IMG/VR virus record: IMGVR_UViG_3300021963_000021
Span: 248,001 to 312,000 of that record
Direction: 5' to 3' (one strand)
DNA length: 64,000 nt
Below are positions 10,337 through 19,989 of this stretch, piece after piece. Numbering within the stretch: the stretch's first letter is position 1; each line of letters begins with the position of its first letter. Both the position numbers and the translations under genes were made by a program. The notes beneath the pieces are model-generated. The model saw only the letters and a program-made list of their open reading frames with translations. It searched no databases and was not told the DNA's origin.

Positions 10337-11324
10337 TACAGTTCTTTGCGCATACCCACGGCTTGTCTTGGCTAGCCCATAGGTCTGACAAATTTCTCCA
10401 CTCGATGTCTTTTATGTTAGTATTCTCTAAATTAGCGATGCCCACGTCTTTGAATTTTTCTTTGGTATCGCTGACCAATGTGTTTCTCAATTTACGCAGT
10501 TCTGTATTTTCTTCGATAGACTCTTCGATCCAATCACTGCCCACCCAACAGCAAGGAAATACATTGCCACGGGCGTCTACGTAAACCTCATTGCTTTGTT
10601 TACACTTAGGGACTATGTTTACGTTTTTTGTCCATTGCTCAGGACTCCTAATTATTTCATCGATGTTAACTTTTGATACTGTTTTAATAGAACTAGGTTC
10701 AAGTCTATATTCTATATTTCCGTCTGTGTTCTGTACAGGAAAACTTTCCATGTTATAGAAACGACCTGTGTATTTAAAATTAATTTTACTAACGCCAAGT
10801 TTTTTTAAAAATATTTCTAGAGCTTCTACTTGATGTTCGTTGTGCTTGAACACTAGACAGTCAACAACAGCAACACCGCCAGTATGAATAAAGTCTACCA
10901 TGTTATCTATGATCCTAGACCAATTGGTATTTCTTCGATACAGCTTGTGTGTATCTTCAAACCCATCTATACCAAATGACACTTCTACTTTTAACCTTGC
11001 TAGAGACTGCCACCAGTCTGCCGTCCTAGCACTGCCATTAGTGTGTATAGATAGTCGTGCTGTGGGATTTACTTCTCGTACATATTCAAATATTTCTAAA
11101 CAGTCTCTGGCTATTATAGGATCACCGTAATTGCCACAGGCATAGAAGTTTTTTAAATCCCTAAGAAACGACGGCCCGAACCATTTTTTAAATTTGTCTA
11201 GAGTAATTTCATGCTGACCTACAAAGGCACGTTCAGCGCCGCCGTTGTAATTTCTAGCACACATAGGGCAGCTGGCCTGACACTGGTCTGTGAGTTCTAT
11301 ATGTAGGTCTGTGATTTTATACAT
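10329..11324 (-). CDS. Radical SAM/SPASM protein
   Basis: CQASCPMC; CGNYGDP; C-terminal C...PCCW...CAKNC; ATG 11324 overlaps the upstream TAA. Confidence 0.9.
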   Translation of the reverse strand: MYKITDLHIELTDQCQASCPMCARNYNGGAERAFVGQHEITLDKFKKWFGPSFLRDLKNFYACGNYGDPIIARDCLEIFEYVREVNPTARLSIHTNGSARTADWWQSLARLKVEVSFGIDGFEDTHKLYRRNTNWSRIIDNMVDFIHTGGVAVVDCLVFKHNEHQVEALEIFLKKLGVSKINFKYTGRFYNMESFPVQNTDGNIEYRLEPSSIKTVSKVNIDEIIRSPEQWTKNVNIVPKCKQSNEVYVDARGNVFPCCWVGSDWIEESIEENTELRKLRNTLVSDTKEKFKDVGIANLENTNIKDIEWRNLSDLWASQDKPWVCAKNCNG

Positions 11325-11860
11325 TACCAAAAATTCAAAATGTACTTGGGTGTTAGGCCGCAGTTAGTTCCAGCATGCCACAGCTTTCTGCTAGACCATT
11401 CATAGGTAGCACCTTGCGGCTGATTATATAAACATTGATGCCCGACTATAAACACATGACCAAATGCTGGCTGACCTATATGACAATGATATCTTTTAAC
11501 ATCAGGCATTTTAGATTCATCGTCCATGACATCCCAATGCTGTGGAGCAAAGTATCCTGGCCATATCCTGCTGATCCATGCTGTGGTATATTTTTCTACT
11601 CTAACAAACTCAGCGAATCTATCGGCGATCTTAGGATCAAAGTTGTCTCCGGGAAAGAACATGTCCCATGATACTGTTCCGCCATCCTGTTTGGTTTTGT
11701 ACCCTGCTTGTTGCCATAGGTCTGTGACTTCTTTTAATTCAGGAATAGGATCGCCGGCTTTATGCTTGGGTCCTATGTAAGCAGGCTTTTGAGATTCGAG
11801 ATCTTTTACAACGAGATCCCAATTTATCAACGGAGCACAGTTACCAATGTAGTTAATCAT
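11324..11860 (-). CDS. 2OG-Fe(II)-type oxygenase-like protein
   Basis: HWD...WHAGTNCG; paralogue of 12950-13534. Confidence 0.65.
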   Translation of the reverse strand: MINYIGNCAPLINWDLVVKDLESQKPAYIGPKHKAGDPIPELKEVTDLWQQAGYKTKQDGGTVSWDMFFPGDNFDPKIADRFAEFVRVEKYTTAWISRIWPGYFAPQHWDVMDDESKMPDVKRYHCHIGQPAFGHVFIVGHQCLYNQPQGATYEWSSRKLWHAGTNCGLTPKYILNFW

Positions 11861-12774
11861 TTTATGATACTTTCCCACACGTCAATGGTCCTGTCTAGCC
11901 CTTCGTCTAAACTTACCTTAGGTGCCCACCCAGTGACTTTGGTTATTAGATTGTGATTGCTGTTTAACCAATATATTTCGCCGGGTCTAAATAATTTAGT
12001 ACCCCATTTTATTTCGCCATTCCAGTTTAGCTTTTTAGCTATCTTTAATGCGTAGTCTCTGATCTTGATAGGATCGTCTGGACCTATAGTAAAGATATAT
12101 CCATCATTAACTAACTCGGGATTGTTAATCACAGTCATCCAAGCATCTAATAAATCATCAATGTAGATAAAATTACGATACGGCTCTGCGTATCCAAACC
12201 CTACTTGGTTAGGATTCTCTAACATTTGACTTATGATCTGTTCTGTAACAAAAAACTTGTTGTCTTTGCGACCGTAGCTGTTAGTCTGTCTAATAGCAGT
12301 GAACGGTAGATTCAAACAACGGTGTGCGTATTCTAGATACTTCTCACAGCCATACTTGGCCACAGCATACGGTGCGTTGGGATTAGGCTGTGTGTTTTCG
12401 TCAAACGCTACAAACTCTTTAGGAATGATGTTGTTCTTGACTTCATCACTGATTGGTTGCCATCCATAGACTTCCATGGTGCTAGCAAACACAAAGTTTT
12501 TTAAATTCTTTACTCGAGCAGCACCTTCTATTAGATTGACTGTGCCTACATAATTAATTTCACTGAAGGTCAGCTGTTCATAGAAACTCTGTTCTACTTC
12601 AGTTCTAGCGGCCAAGTGAACAATGATATCCGGGGATACCGCTACTACTTCTAACTGTACTGCTTTGTGATCTCTTAGATCGCTTTTTAAATGATATACT
12701 TCATGATCCTGTTCTAACAGTGGAGTTAGATGCGATCCTATGAATCCCGAAGAGCCTGTCATTAAAATTTTCAT
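11857..12774 (-). CDS. NAD-dependent NDP-sugar epimerase/dehydratase
   Basis: GSSGFIG, HLAA, YxxxK (YAVAK), RNFIYIDD. Confidence 0.93.
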   Translation of the reverse strand: MKILMTGSSGFIGSHLTPLLEQDHEVYHLKSDLRDHKAVQLEVVAVSPDIIVHLAARTEVEQSFYEQLTFSEINYVGTVNLIEGAARVKNLKNFVFASTMEVYGWQPISDEVKNNIIPKEFVAFDENTQPNPNAPYAVAKYGCEKYLEYAHRCLNLPFTAIRQTNSYGRKDNKFFVTEQIISQMLENPNQVGFGYAEPYRNFIYIDDLLDAWMTVINNPELVNDGYIFTIGPDDPIKIRDYALKIAKKLNWNGEIKWGTKLFRPGEIYWLNSNHNLITKVTGWAPKVSLDEGLDRTIDVWESIIK

Positions 12775-12953
12775 CGAGGCGCCCTTTCAAGCTCATCAAA
12801 AAAATCTATGCCAAACTCTTTTTCTACTTGTTCTTTTAATTGAGGGTTCTGTTGTATGTTATAGAGTTTACGCCATAGCACAATATTTTGCTGCTGTATC
12901 TCCATAAATTTTTTTACATAAAACGGTTCTGTTAAAACTGGTTCTTCAGTCAT
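12771..12953 (-). CDS. Hypothetical protein
   Basis: 60-aa ORF with ATGA-type overlaps on both sides. Confidence 0.6.
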   Translation of the reverse strand: MTEEPVLTEPFYVKKFMEIQQQNIVLWRKLYNIQQNPQLKEQVEKEFGIDFFDELERAPR

Positions 12954-13534
12954 CTAGGTCTTCCTAAAAAATGAAATAGATAATATGGCTCACTGCCACA
13001 ATTGGTTCCTGCGTGGTGTGACCTATAGGAATCCCAAACATATAACTCGTTTTGAGGCACGTTATAAAAACACTGTTCTTCTAATATCAAGACATGACCA
13101 AACTTTGGCTTGTCTATAAAACAAACATATCTGACCAAGGGTCCTTGTGCCAGCCATTCTTTTTCTTTGTCTTCGACGTCCCAGTGATAGGGCACACAAG
13201 CACCCGGCATTACTTCGCTGACAAATACACGTAGGGGATCTGCGTTAACTAGATTAGCAAACTTGGTCTGTATGTCTATGGGGAAATGCTCTCCGGGGTA
13301 ATAGTCCCACCATTCAATTTTAGTAAGGTCGTAACCAGCCTTTTCCCAAGTACTGATAATTCCTCTATAGGAATTTAAAAGTTCCTGATCGCCTACGGCT
13401 TCTGCTTCGGATCTATCGACTACAGATGTAACAGTATTGTGATCACCTGTTCTAGGAGTGATGGCACCTAGGACTGTGTCCCAATCTATTACTCCTTTAG
13501 TTGTTCCAATATGCTTAGGCATCTTCAGTTCCAA
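12950..13534 (-). CDS. 2OG-Fe(II)-type oxygenase-like protein
   Basis: HWD...HHAGTNCG; paralogue of 11324-11860. Confidence 0.65.
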   Translation of the reverse strand: MELKMPKHIGTTKGVIDWDTVLGAITPRTGDHNTVTSVVDRSEAEAVGDQELLNSYRGIISTWEKAGYDLTKIEWWDYYPGEHFPIDIQTKFANLVNADPLRVFVSEVMPGACVPYHWDVEDKEKEWLAQGPLVRYVCFIDKPKFGHVLILEEQCFYNVPQNELYVWDSYRSHHAGTNCGSEPYYLFHFLGRPR

Positions 13535-14222
13535 ACATTTTAACGTATAACCAATTAAGATTTTCTTCGCCCCATTGAACGTGTGTGCTCATAGAACGTT
13601 TGAACATCTTTTCTAGATTATAATATGTATCATTGCTGTCAGTTTCGTCTAGTCTAAATCTAGCAGTTTCGTGTACGATCCCGTCCATGGCATATTTAGG
13701 AATCCACGGACTATCTGTATCTACGCAGCCATACATATCGAAGGTCTTGAGTTGCCCATCGTAGATATAATGACAATGCGGATACATTGTTAGTTTATAT
13801 GAACCTAGATTATAACAGTCAGTCATAATACATTGTAACTGATTTTTCCATTCTGGGCAATAGTCTTGTAAAGATTTGCCGCTGTAGATAATTTCGTTAC
13901 AGGTATCTCCCTGCCATTTGAAAAATATATGTAGGTGCGTTGTATCAATGTCAACGATTTCTGGACACCACGGCTGGTTTTGAAATTTTAGAAAATGCTT
14001 GATTTCATTGTCAAAGAACCAATCTACGACTTCTTTGGTGTATCCTTCGCGAGCTTGATACTTGTTGTTATAGTCGTAGTTGGCACAGAACAATTTCTTA
14101 TCTTGACTGATAAGAGGTTCGTAGGTCTGTTGTGCCATAGCACGTTGACCTAATTCGTTTAGTTTATAATAGGGAGTCCACTTAGAAGTTTCTAGGATCA
14201 TACCCCACCCTCGGTCTATCAC
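13515..14222 (-). CDS. Protein kinase-like fold protein (degenerate)
   Basis: NEIKHF, WCPEIVDI, GSYKLTMYPHCHYIYDGQLKTFDMYG; start may be 14201. Confidence 0.5.
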   Translation of the reverse strand: MIDRGWGMILETSKWTPYYKLNELGQRAMAQQTYEPLISQDKKLFCANYDYNNKYQAREGYTKEVVDWFFDNEIKHFLKFQNQPWCPEIVDIDTTHLHIFFKWQGDTCNEIIYSGKSLQDYCPEWKNQLQCIMTDCYNLGSYKLTMYPHCHYIYDGQLKTFDMYGCVDTDSPWIPKYAMDGIVHETARFRLDETDSNDTYYNLEKMFKRSMSTHVQWGEENLNWLYVKMFGTEDA

Positions 14223-14997
14223 TAAAGAAGCAACTGGCTATCCATTTAGTACCTTTGGTAATAAGTTTGCTTTCGTGGATAGTACTCCAATTAGTTTCTT
14301 CGTCATAGCCCTGTTCGAAATACAGCAAGGAACCAGTTTTAGGTTTTATCTCAACTCCTAGTTTAGGAAACAGAGTTTCTCCGCCCTCAAAGTCGTCATT
14401 GAAATAAAATATACCTGTACCTACTCTATCACCGCCATACTTGTAATAATGTATCTGTTTTGGATCGTAGGGATAGTCGTGGTGTAGATCTAAAAACTGT
14501 CCTGTTTCGTAATTATAGACATCAATGGCTTCTATGTGACTATAAGGTACACGAGCATATGTTGTTATAGCAGTGGCCAGGACATCATAGTCGTAGGGGT
14601 CGACTCCGAGACTGATTCCTCTATTCTCTACTAGTTCTGTTACCTGAGCATACGACTCTGTTCGAGACTGACCGCCTGAATTAGGATTCATGCCCGCAGA
14701 TGAATGTTTGGCAATTATGCTGGCACAATACTCAGGAGTTAAAACATTTTCAAAAACAGAAATACGTGGTCGAGCAAAATGCTTTACTTCCTGTACTGTA
14801 GATCTTACTTTGCTAGCCCTTACAGGTATGCCGGGAGAAAATACTCTAAAGAATTCTATTGGCTGTAATTCAAACACAACCTTAGGGTCATCTAAAATAT
14901 CTTCTTTGGTTATCAGCAGGTCAGCCTGATCTAAGTCTGCGGTTATGAATCCGTAGCCTTTAGCATCATTGTACCATTTTACTTTTCCTGTTTCCAT
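14182..14997 (-). CDS. Cold-shock domain / prolyl-4-hydroxylase-type 2OG-Fe(II) oxygenase fusion
   Basis: N-terminal GKVKWYNDAKGYGFI (RNP-1); C-terminal HHD...YFNDDFEGGETLF...IH...KGTKWI. Confidence 0.85.
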   Translation of the reverse strand: METGKVKWYNDAKGYGFITADLDQADLLITKEDILDDPKVVFELQPIEFFRVFSPGIPVRASKVRSTVQEVKHFARPRISVFENVLTPEYCASIIAKHSSAGMNPNSGGQSRTESYAQVTELVENRGISLGVDPYDYDVLATAITTYARVPYSHIEAIDVYNYETGQFLDLHHDYPYDPKQIHYYKYGGDRVGTGIFYFNDDFEGGETLFPKLGVEIKPKTGSLLYFEQGYDEETNWSTIHESKLITKGTKWIASCFFSDRPRVGYDPRNF

Positions 14998-15959
14998 TAT
15001 CTACTCTTTGGTATCTTGCTGTCTGCTGAACTAACACAACTAGGAGTCGCACATTTTTTAGATTCTTTAAACAACTCAAATCCATCAGTTAGTGTGCCTA
15101 GCGGCTCGTCGTGACAACTATACCCTCTTTTAACTTCATTGCTTCTAATGATTAAACTTTGATAACCAGCATTACAATTCCATCCTTGGAATTTATTAAA
15201 TTCAAAAGCATTAAATCTCTCTGCTTGATCAATGTAGTAATCTTTAACACCATCGGACAATCTTATCTGATATACATCTTGATCTTGTGATTTCTGTGGA
15301 AACCCTTGTCGCATGATATCTATCATTTCTTGTGTGTAACCACTGACTATCTGACTAGCAGTTTCGTTGCTCTGTGGTTTAAGTGTTACGTTGATACCAC
15401 GTTTGTGAAATCGTTCCATGCGTTCATACAGTTCATAAAACTTTTCTGGCACCATTACTTGATTGATTGTAACATGTACCAGTTCATATTGTAACTGTAG
15501 ACACTTGTCTCCAAACTCTTGCTCTTTGGCAAACTCATCGTGATAACTGGCTGTGATACTACGGCGTTGTAACAGGCTAGTATTGTTACACCATGTGTTC
15601 CACCACTTGCTGCCGGGCGACAGGTTAGTAGTCATGTGTACGCTTTGATAGCTGCTTTCTGTTTCGTCTAGATGTTTGATTAGATCTAACAGATGTTTGT
15701 AGGCTGTTGGTTCTCCGCCACTGAAACTCCAATGGAAAGCATTGAACCCATTTAGTCTAGCCTGTCTTTTTATTTCATCAACTGTTTTGATATAGACATC
15801 TAAGTCTTGATAGTCGAGTTGATCGCTTCTGGCATATGGCCAGCAGTAAGAGCACTTGTAGTTACAGAACCTGCCTAGTATCCAACTTACGTTAAACAAC
15901 TGCTGGTCTAACATAGTCTGCTGCCCAAAGGATTTTATTTCATCAAATGGTACTTTCAT
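14997..15959 (-). CDS. Radical SAM protein
   Basis: CNYKCSYC; SGGEP; C-terminal C...C...CATPSC. Confidence 0.92.
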   Translation of the reverse strand: MKVPFDEIKSFGQQTMLDQQLFNVSWILGRFCNYKCSYCWPYARSDQLDYQDLDVYIKTVDEIKRQARLNGFNAFHWSFSGGEPTAYKHLLDLIKHLDETESSYQSVHMTTNLSPGSKWWNTWCNNTSLLQRRSITASYHDEFAKEQEFGDKCLQLQYELVHVTINQVMVPEKFYELYERMERFHKRGINVTLKPQSNETASQIVSGYTQEMIDIMRQGFPQKSQDQDVYQIRLSDGVKDYYIDQAERFNAFEFNKFQGWNCNAGYQSLIIRSNEVKRGYSCHDEPLGTLTDGFELFKESKKCATPSCVSSADSKIPKSR

Positions 15960-16627
15960 ATATAGGGTCTGTGTACTATCCGGCCCTGTTTGATAGATTC
16001 TAAATTTTGGTATATCATTTTTAACAACTTATTAAACTGTGGGGTTTGATAAAGCAGAGAATAGTAGTCGGCTAAGTATCCGTCCTCTTTCACTGCTTCG
16101 TCTATGTTATTCATTTTGCTTAGGGCACCTTCACCATATTTGCGATTAAGATTGTGTGCTATATTTACAGCATAGGCAAACATCTCATCCGGATCAATAT
16201 AGTATTCGATTCCATTATCGTCATCTCTATATTTGTCAGGATCGTAGTATCTAGCCGAATACTGGTATCTATGTATGCTTTCGTGGCAGAGCGCATCAGC
16301 GACTTCGGTGATGAGATGATGATATATTTTTTCATCCATAGTGAAGCGTTTTTTGTAGCTGCTACACATTAGGGTTATTATTATGGATTTTTTGAGTTGA
16401 TCGTCAAACAGTCCATGTACAACGAAGCAATCTTTGAAACCGCCAGATCGACGATAATTGATACGGACCCCTTTGATCCGTTTACACATTTTTTTTATTA
16501 TTTTAAGAGTGTCCTCGGCATTGACATTTTTTCTAGGAAGATGATTCAAAAGATATCTAATGACCCAGTTCGGGTCAATGATGTCATTTTCTGAAAACGA
16601 TTCTTCCTTTAGAGAGGTCATATACAC
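15956..16627 (-). CDS. HExxH-motif (zincin-like) protein; start uncertain
   Basis: [10 protein letters not shown] with downstream DEMFAYA. Confidence 0.5.
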   Translation of the reverse strand: MYMTSLKEESFSENDIIDPNWVIRYLLNHLPRKNVNAEDTLKIIKKMCKRIKGVRINYRRSGGFKDCFVVHGLFDDQLKKSIIITLMCSSYKKRFTMDEKIYHHLITEVADALCHESIHRYQYSARYYDPDKYRDDDNGIEYYIDPDEMFAYAVNIAHNLNRKYGEGALSKMNNIDEAVKEDGYLADYYSLLYQTPQFNKLLKMIYQNLESIKQGRIVHRPYI

Positions 16628-16799
16628 TCATTTCCATTTTAACACTATCGCCTAACAATACTTTAATATTGTGTTGACGCATCTTACCGCTTAGGTGTGC
16701 TAGAATTTTTTGTCCTGTTTCTAGCTCTACCTTGAAAGTAGTATTCGGCAATACCTCTACTACTTTCCCTTCCATCAAGAGAATATCTTCTTTAGCCAT
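16584..16799 (-). CDS. infA: Translation initiation factor IF-1
   Basis: MAKED...[10 protein letters not shown]...AHLSGKMR...[21 protein letters not shown]. Confidence 0.97.
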   Translation of the reverse strand: MAKEDILLMEGKVVEVLPNTTFKVELETGQKILAHLSGKMRQHNIKVLLGDSVKMEMSVYDLSKGRIVFRK

Positions 16800-17371
16800 T
16801 ATGACAACAAATGATCGGCAACGCCTAGTTGGATTACTTCCTCAGCAGACAAATATACATCGCTAGCTGGCAGCAGCTTTTTTCTAATAACACTTGGTGC
16901 TAGTCCAGTAGCGTCTTTTAAAATTCCTATCATTTTGTCATTACAAAGGTCGTTCTCTTTCATAGTGGCTTTGAGATCGTGATACTTATTATCCATGGCT
17001 TCCGTAAACTGATGGCACATAAAACTGGTATTTTTGGCCGCATATCTTTCGCCTTTGTCTCCGCTGGCAAATATCAAAAATGCTGCGCTCATTACAGCGC
17101 CAACGCCAATAGTTCTAACTACGTGTTGACTAGAATGCATAACATCTATCAACGCAAATGCTTGATACAAATCACCGCCGGTTGAATTAACATACAACGT
17201 TAATACCTTTTCTTTAGAATCAAGATTTTCGTAGGTTATCCATTTGATAGCAGAACCGATATTATCTTCAGAAATTTCCCCCGTAAGGAAGTGAATTGAA
17301 TTTTCCAGCAATTTTAAGTCAATCCGATCTTCGGCGTTAAATTCGTCGATCTTTTTCAATCTATGCTCCAT
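16799..17371 (-). CDS. clpP: ClpP protease proteolytic subunit
   Basis: [12 protein letters not shown] (catalytic Ser), MCHQ (His), DVYLSAEE...LG. Confidence 0.92.
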   Translation of the reverse strand: MEHRLKKIDEFNAEDRIDLKLLENSIHFLTGEISEDNIGSAIKWITYENLDSKEKVLTLYVNSTGGDLYQAFALIDVMHSSQHVVRTIGVGAVMSAAFLIFASGDKGERYAAKNTSFMCHQFTEAMDNKYHDLKATMKENDLCNDKMIGILKDATGLAPSVIRKKLLPASDVYLSAEEVIQLGVADHLLS

Positions 17372-17388
17372 GGTTTACTGTGTACTTA

Positions 17389-17757
17389 TCAAAACAACAA
17401 CCATACTATCCATACGTATGTTAGAGAATGTAAAAGTTGATCTAGCCCTAACCACATCCAAAATTGATGTTGTTCTACGGTATAATTCCAAATCCTATTA
17501 ATGTTTATCTTTGCCCAATCTATATGATAGTGAATAACTCCATCAATTAGACTAATTAACGCTGCTACTTCAAATCCAATAAACGTCCACAGCATCAAAC
17601 CAGTTCCTATGGCATGTTGTAAGGAATGTTCTATTCCTTTTAGATGACCATAGGTTCCTTTGTGTTTGACGTGATCGCTGGTCTGGAAAACAAAATCAAC
17701 TAAGAAATGTTTTATAAACAGCAACGCCAAAATAATTGGCAAATCAACGTATGACAT
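17389..17757 (-). CDS. DUF3307-like membrane protein
   Basis: HFLVDFVFQ...HSLQH...HYHIDW...LDQLLH pattern in TM helices. Confidence 0.8.
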   Translation of the reverse strand: MSYVDLPIILALLFIKHFLVDFVFQTSDHVKHKGTYGHLKGIEHSLQHAIGTGLMLWTFIGFEVAALISLIDGVIHYHIDWAKININRIWNYTVEQHQFWMWLGLDQLLHSLTYVWIVWLLF

Positions 17758-17759
17758 TA

Positions 17760-18509
17760 TTAGTCCCTTATTGATTTATTATACGCTAATATCGTTTTCA
17801 GGAAAACATTGTCTTTAGCCAAGTTACTAACCGCAGCTACATCTTTGGGCAAACATTTTCCGCCAAAACCAAATTGTCCATCTGGTCCAGGTACCATAGT
17901 CTGGCCAGTGCCAATACGAGGATCTGCTCCGATCGACAACCGAACCATTTCCCAGTTAGCACCGCTGGCCTCACTGATTTCATGTATGGCATTGAAGGTA
18001 GCCACTTTGGCTGCTAGAGCTGTGTTCAAACCTAGTTTGATAACCGCAGCAGTAATTACATCAGTAACTGCCCATTTGGCTACACCGCCGTGATTAAGGC
18101 TTTCTAGATCTGCCCGGAATGTTTCTGTGAGATAGCTGGTACCGCCTAGCACAACAAGACCGGGTCTTGTACAGTCGTAGGTTGCAGTGCGTTCTCTTAA
18201 GAATTCAGGCCAATAAAGAACGCTGTGATATCGTGTGGTTAATTTTGAAATATAATCTGGCTCGCAGGTGCTGCGAACCACGAGAACTCCTTTGAAGTTC
18301 TTGCTTTCTAAATCTGCTAACACAAAGTCTATGGCACTGTGATCCAAACCTTTTCCGGTCGTAGGTGTTGGAACGCAGACAACTGCGTAATGATAATCAA
18401 CAAAATCGTTGATAACGAATCCCTCTCCGTAGTCGTGGATGTCTGGGTCCTCAAATATCTTAGCTGTGTTCCCGCCAACAATACCATGCCCAATTATGGC
18501 AACTTTCAT
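17760..18509 (-). CDS. ugd: UDP-glucose/GDP-mannose 6-dehydrogenase family
   Basis: GHGIVG, CVPTP, RST, PEFLRE, GFGGKCLPKD. Confidence 0.92.
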   Translation of the reverse strand: MKVAIIGHGIVGGNTAKIFEDPDIHDYGEGFVINDFVDYHYAVVCVPTPTTGKGLDHSAIDFVLADLESKNFKGVLVVRSTCEPDYISKLTTRYHSVLYWPEFLRERTATYDCTRPGLVVLGGTSYLTETFRADLESLNHGGVAKWAVTDVITAAVIKLGLNTALAAKVATFNAIHEISEASGANWEMVRLSIGADPRIGTGQTMVPGPDGQFGFGGKCLPKDVAAVSNLAKDNVFLKTILAYNKSIRD

Positions 18510-18904
18510 ACAGATTCCTTTCTAGATCTATTGTAGTCGAACCAGCCCACCACTGTGCTTGGTTCATTTTTCTCAATTAACTTTGAGACATGTTCTTTCA
18601 TGATTCTCTTGAGGTAGGGATATAATGGACTACCATCTACCCTACTATCCCAAGCCCGAGTGTTAAAGGCACCGGCATAATAAAGAATTTCGTAATTCTT
18701 TTCCATAACTGTTTTCATTTCAGGAGTAGGATAAATTCCAAAATATTCCATGGCCATACATAATGCCATACTGTGCGGCATCACAACGCCATTCCAATAC
18801 ACTATATAGTCGTCATGATTGTCTAGATACAACAATACAGGTTTAGGATCAATTAGACTCCAGCTTTGTTCAGAACGCATTGTGATAGTCTCCATCGATT
18901 TCAA
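18506..18904 (-). CDS. Hypothetical protein
   Basis: ORF in tightly packed operon. Confidence 0.6.
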   Translation of the reverse strand: MKSMETITMRSEQSWSLIDPKPVLLYLDNHDDYIVYWNGVVMPHSMALCMAMEYFGIYPTPEMKTVMEKNYEILYYAGAFNTRAWDSRVDGSPLYPYLKRIMKEHVSKLIEKNEPSTVVGWFDYNRSRKESV

Positions 18905-19538
18905 ATTCCCATTTTGCCACAGGATTATTTTGGATAGCTTCTAAAGTACCTTCCACTGGTCGATATCCATACGTCCAATATTTGGTCAAACGCTTAAGAG
19001 CATCTGGTTGTAGTGGCATACGGAATCGTAGATTTTTTTCACGGATATCTTTGGCTGTGTGCTCGCCTAGAGATAGAGTGTTGCCGTCAGTGACCAGTCT
19101 ACATACAGTTATGTCAAAGCTGTCAATGACATCTTGTGGACTATTAAAAAACCTACGTTTAATAATCTGTAAAGTCCAATTCTGTTCGCCGTTGTGTGAG
19201 GTGTAACTCAATGTGGTGGCATTTTCACTTTCAAACTTTGTAGTATATCGCCCGTAGCCTTTAATACTCTGTATTACCTGATCTGCTTGTTGAGCAGAAG
19301 AACAGAAGATATCAATATCACTTTCGCCGACTGGTTGATTTTGATACCAGCGTAGCACAGCACCCCCGGCAATCCATGGTCCTGTCTGCCAGTTTGGTTT
19401 AATAATATTCACAGGCTCGCGATCAGTTACGTGAACACTGCGACAGCTTTCTGATGGTGGCGCAACAGTTCCACCAGATTTCCAACTAGTTACTTCTTGA
19501 ATGTCATCTAAGAAATCAAACAGCGTTTTCGTTTTCAT
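18870..19538 (-). CDS. Nucleotidyltransferase (CCA-adding/poly(A) polymerase head-like)
   Basis: IAGGAVLR...SDIDIF...IDSFDITVC. Confidence 0.7.
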   Translation of the reverse strand: MKTKTLFDFLDDIQEVTSWKSGGTVAPPSESCRSVHVTDREPVNIIKPNWQTGPWIAGGAVLRWYQNQPVGESDIDIFCSSAQQADQVIQSIKGYGRYTTKFESENATTLSYTSHNGEQNWTLQIIKRRFFNSPQDVIDSFDITVCRLVTDGNTLSLGEHTAKDIREKNLRFRMPLQPDALKRLTKYWTYGYRPVEGTLEAIQNNPVAKWEFEIDGDYHNAF

Positions 19539-19989
19539 CTTTGGCCTTTGAAAGTTGACACATTAATATAAAATGTTCATAGGCTTTACGAACACTTTCA
19601 TTGCTCATCATTTTATCTGCTTCTAGTTCCATTGCTCGAACGCCAGCTTCGGCAATGTCTCGAGCACTGCTTATGTTCAATGTAGCAAGCTCGTCACCAA
19701 ACTCTTTGGCCAGTTTCTGCCAAGCCTTGCGTTGGCCGTCTGTGATAGGAGTTTGCCGTGGACGTAGTTCGCTGGCTGCTTGAATAGCTCGACACATAGC
19801 ATCTTCAGCAACACGACCAGCGGCAATCATTGCCGCATAGTTTGGATTGATTCTAAATCTACGACTAGAGCCGCCCGGGTAGACACTGACCAAGTGATCA
19901 CCTTTTGGGAAGCTGTCTAGTAGGTCATTGTCATATTCCGCTACAGGAACATACCTACGACCTACTTTTTCGTAGAAGATTTTTTTCAT
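19516..19989 (-). CDS. Hypothetical protein
   Basis: ORF in operon. Confidence 0.7.
   Translation of the reverse strand: MKKIFYEKVGRRYVPVAEYDNDLLDSFPKGDHLVSVYPGGSSRRFRINPNYAAMIAAGRVAEDAMCRAIQAASELRPRQTPITDGQRKAWQKLAKEFGDELATLNISSARDIAEAGVRAMELEADKMMSNESVRKAYEHFILMCQLSKAKDENENAV

Noticed and set aside
12771-12953. 60-aa ORF as RiPP precursor for the rSAM cluster
   Set aside because: No leader/core pattern, repeats or Cys/Trp-rich core; it looks like an ordinary helical protein
5726-15959. Radical SAM/SPASM proteins as PqqE acting on the phage PqqA
   Set aside because: They are more than 33 kb away, no PqqD/B/C is recognisable, and I cannot assign any to PqqE specifically; not supportable without a phylogeny
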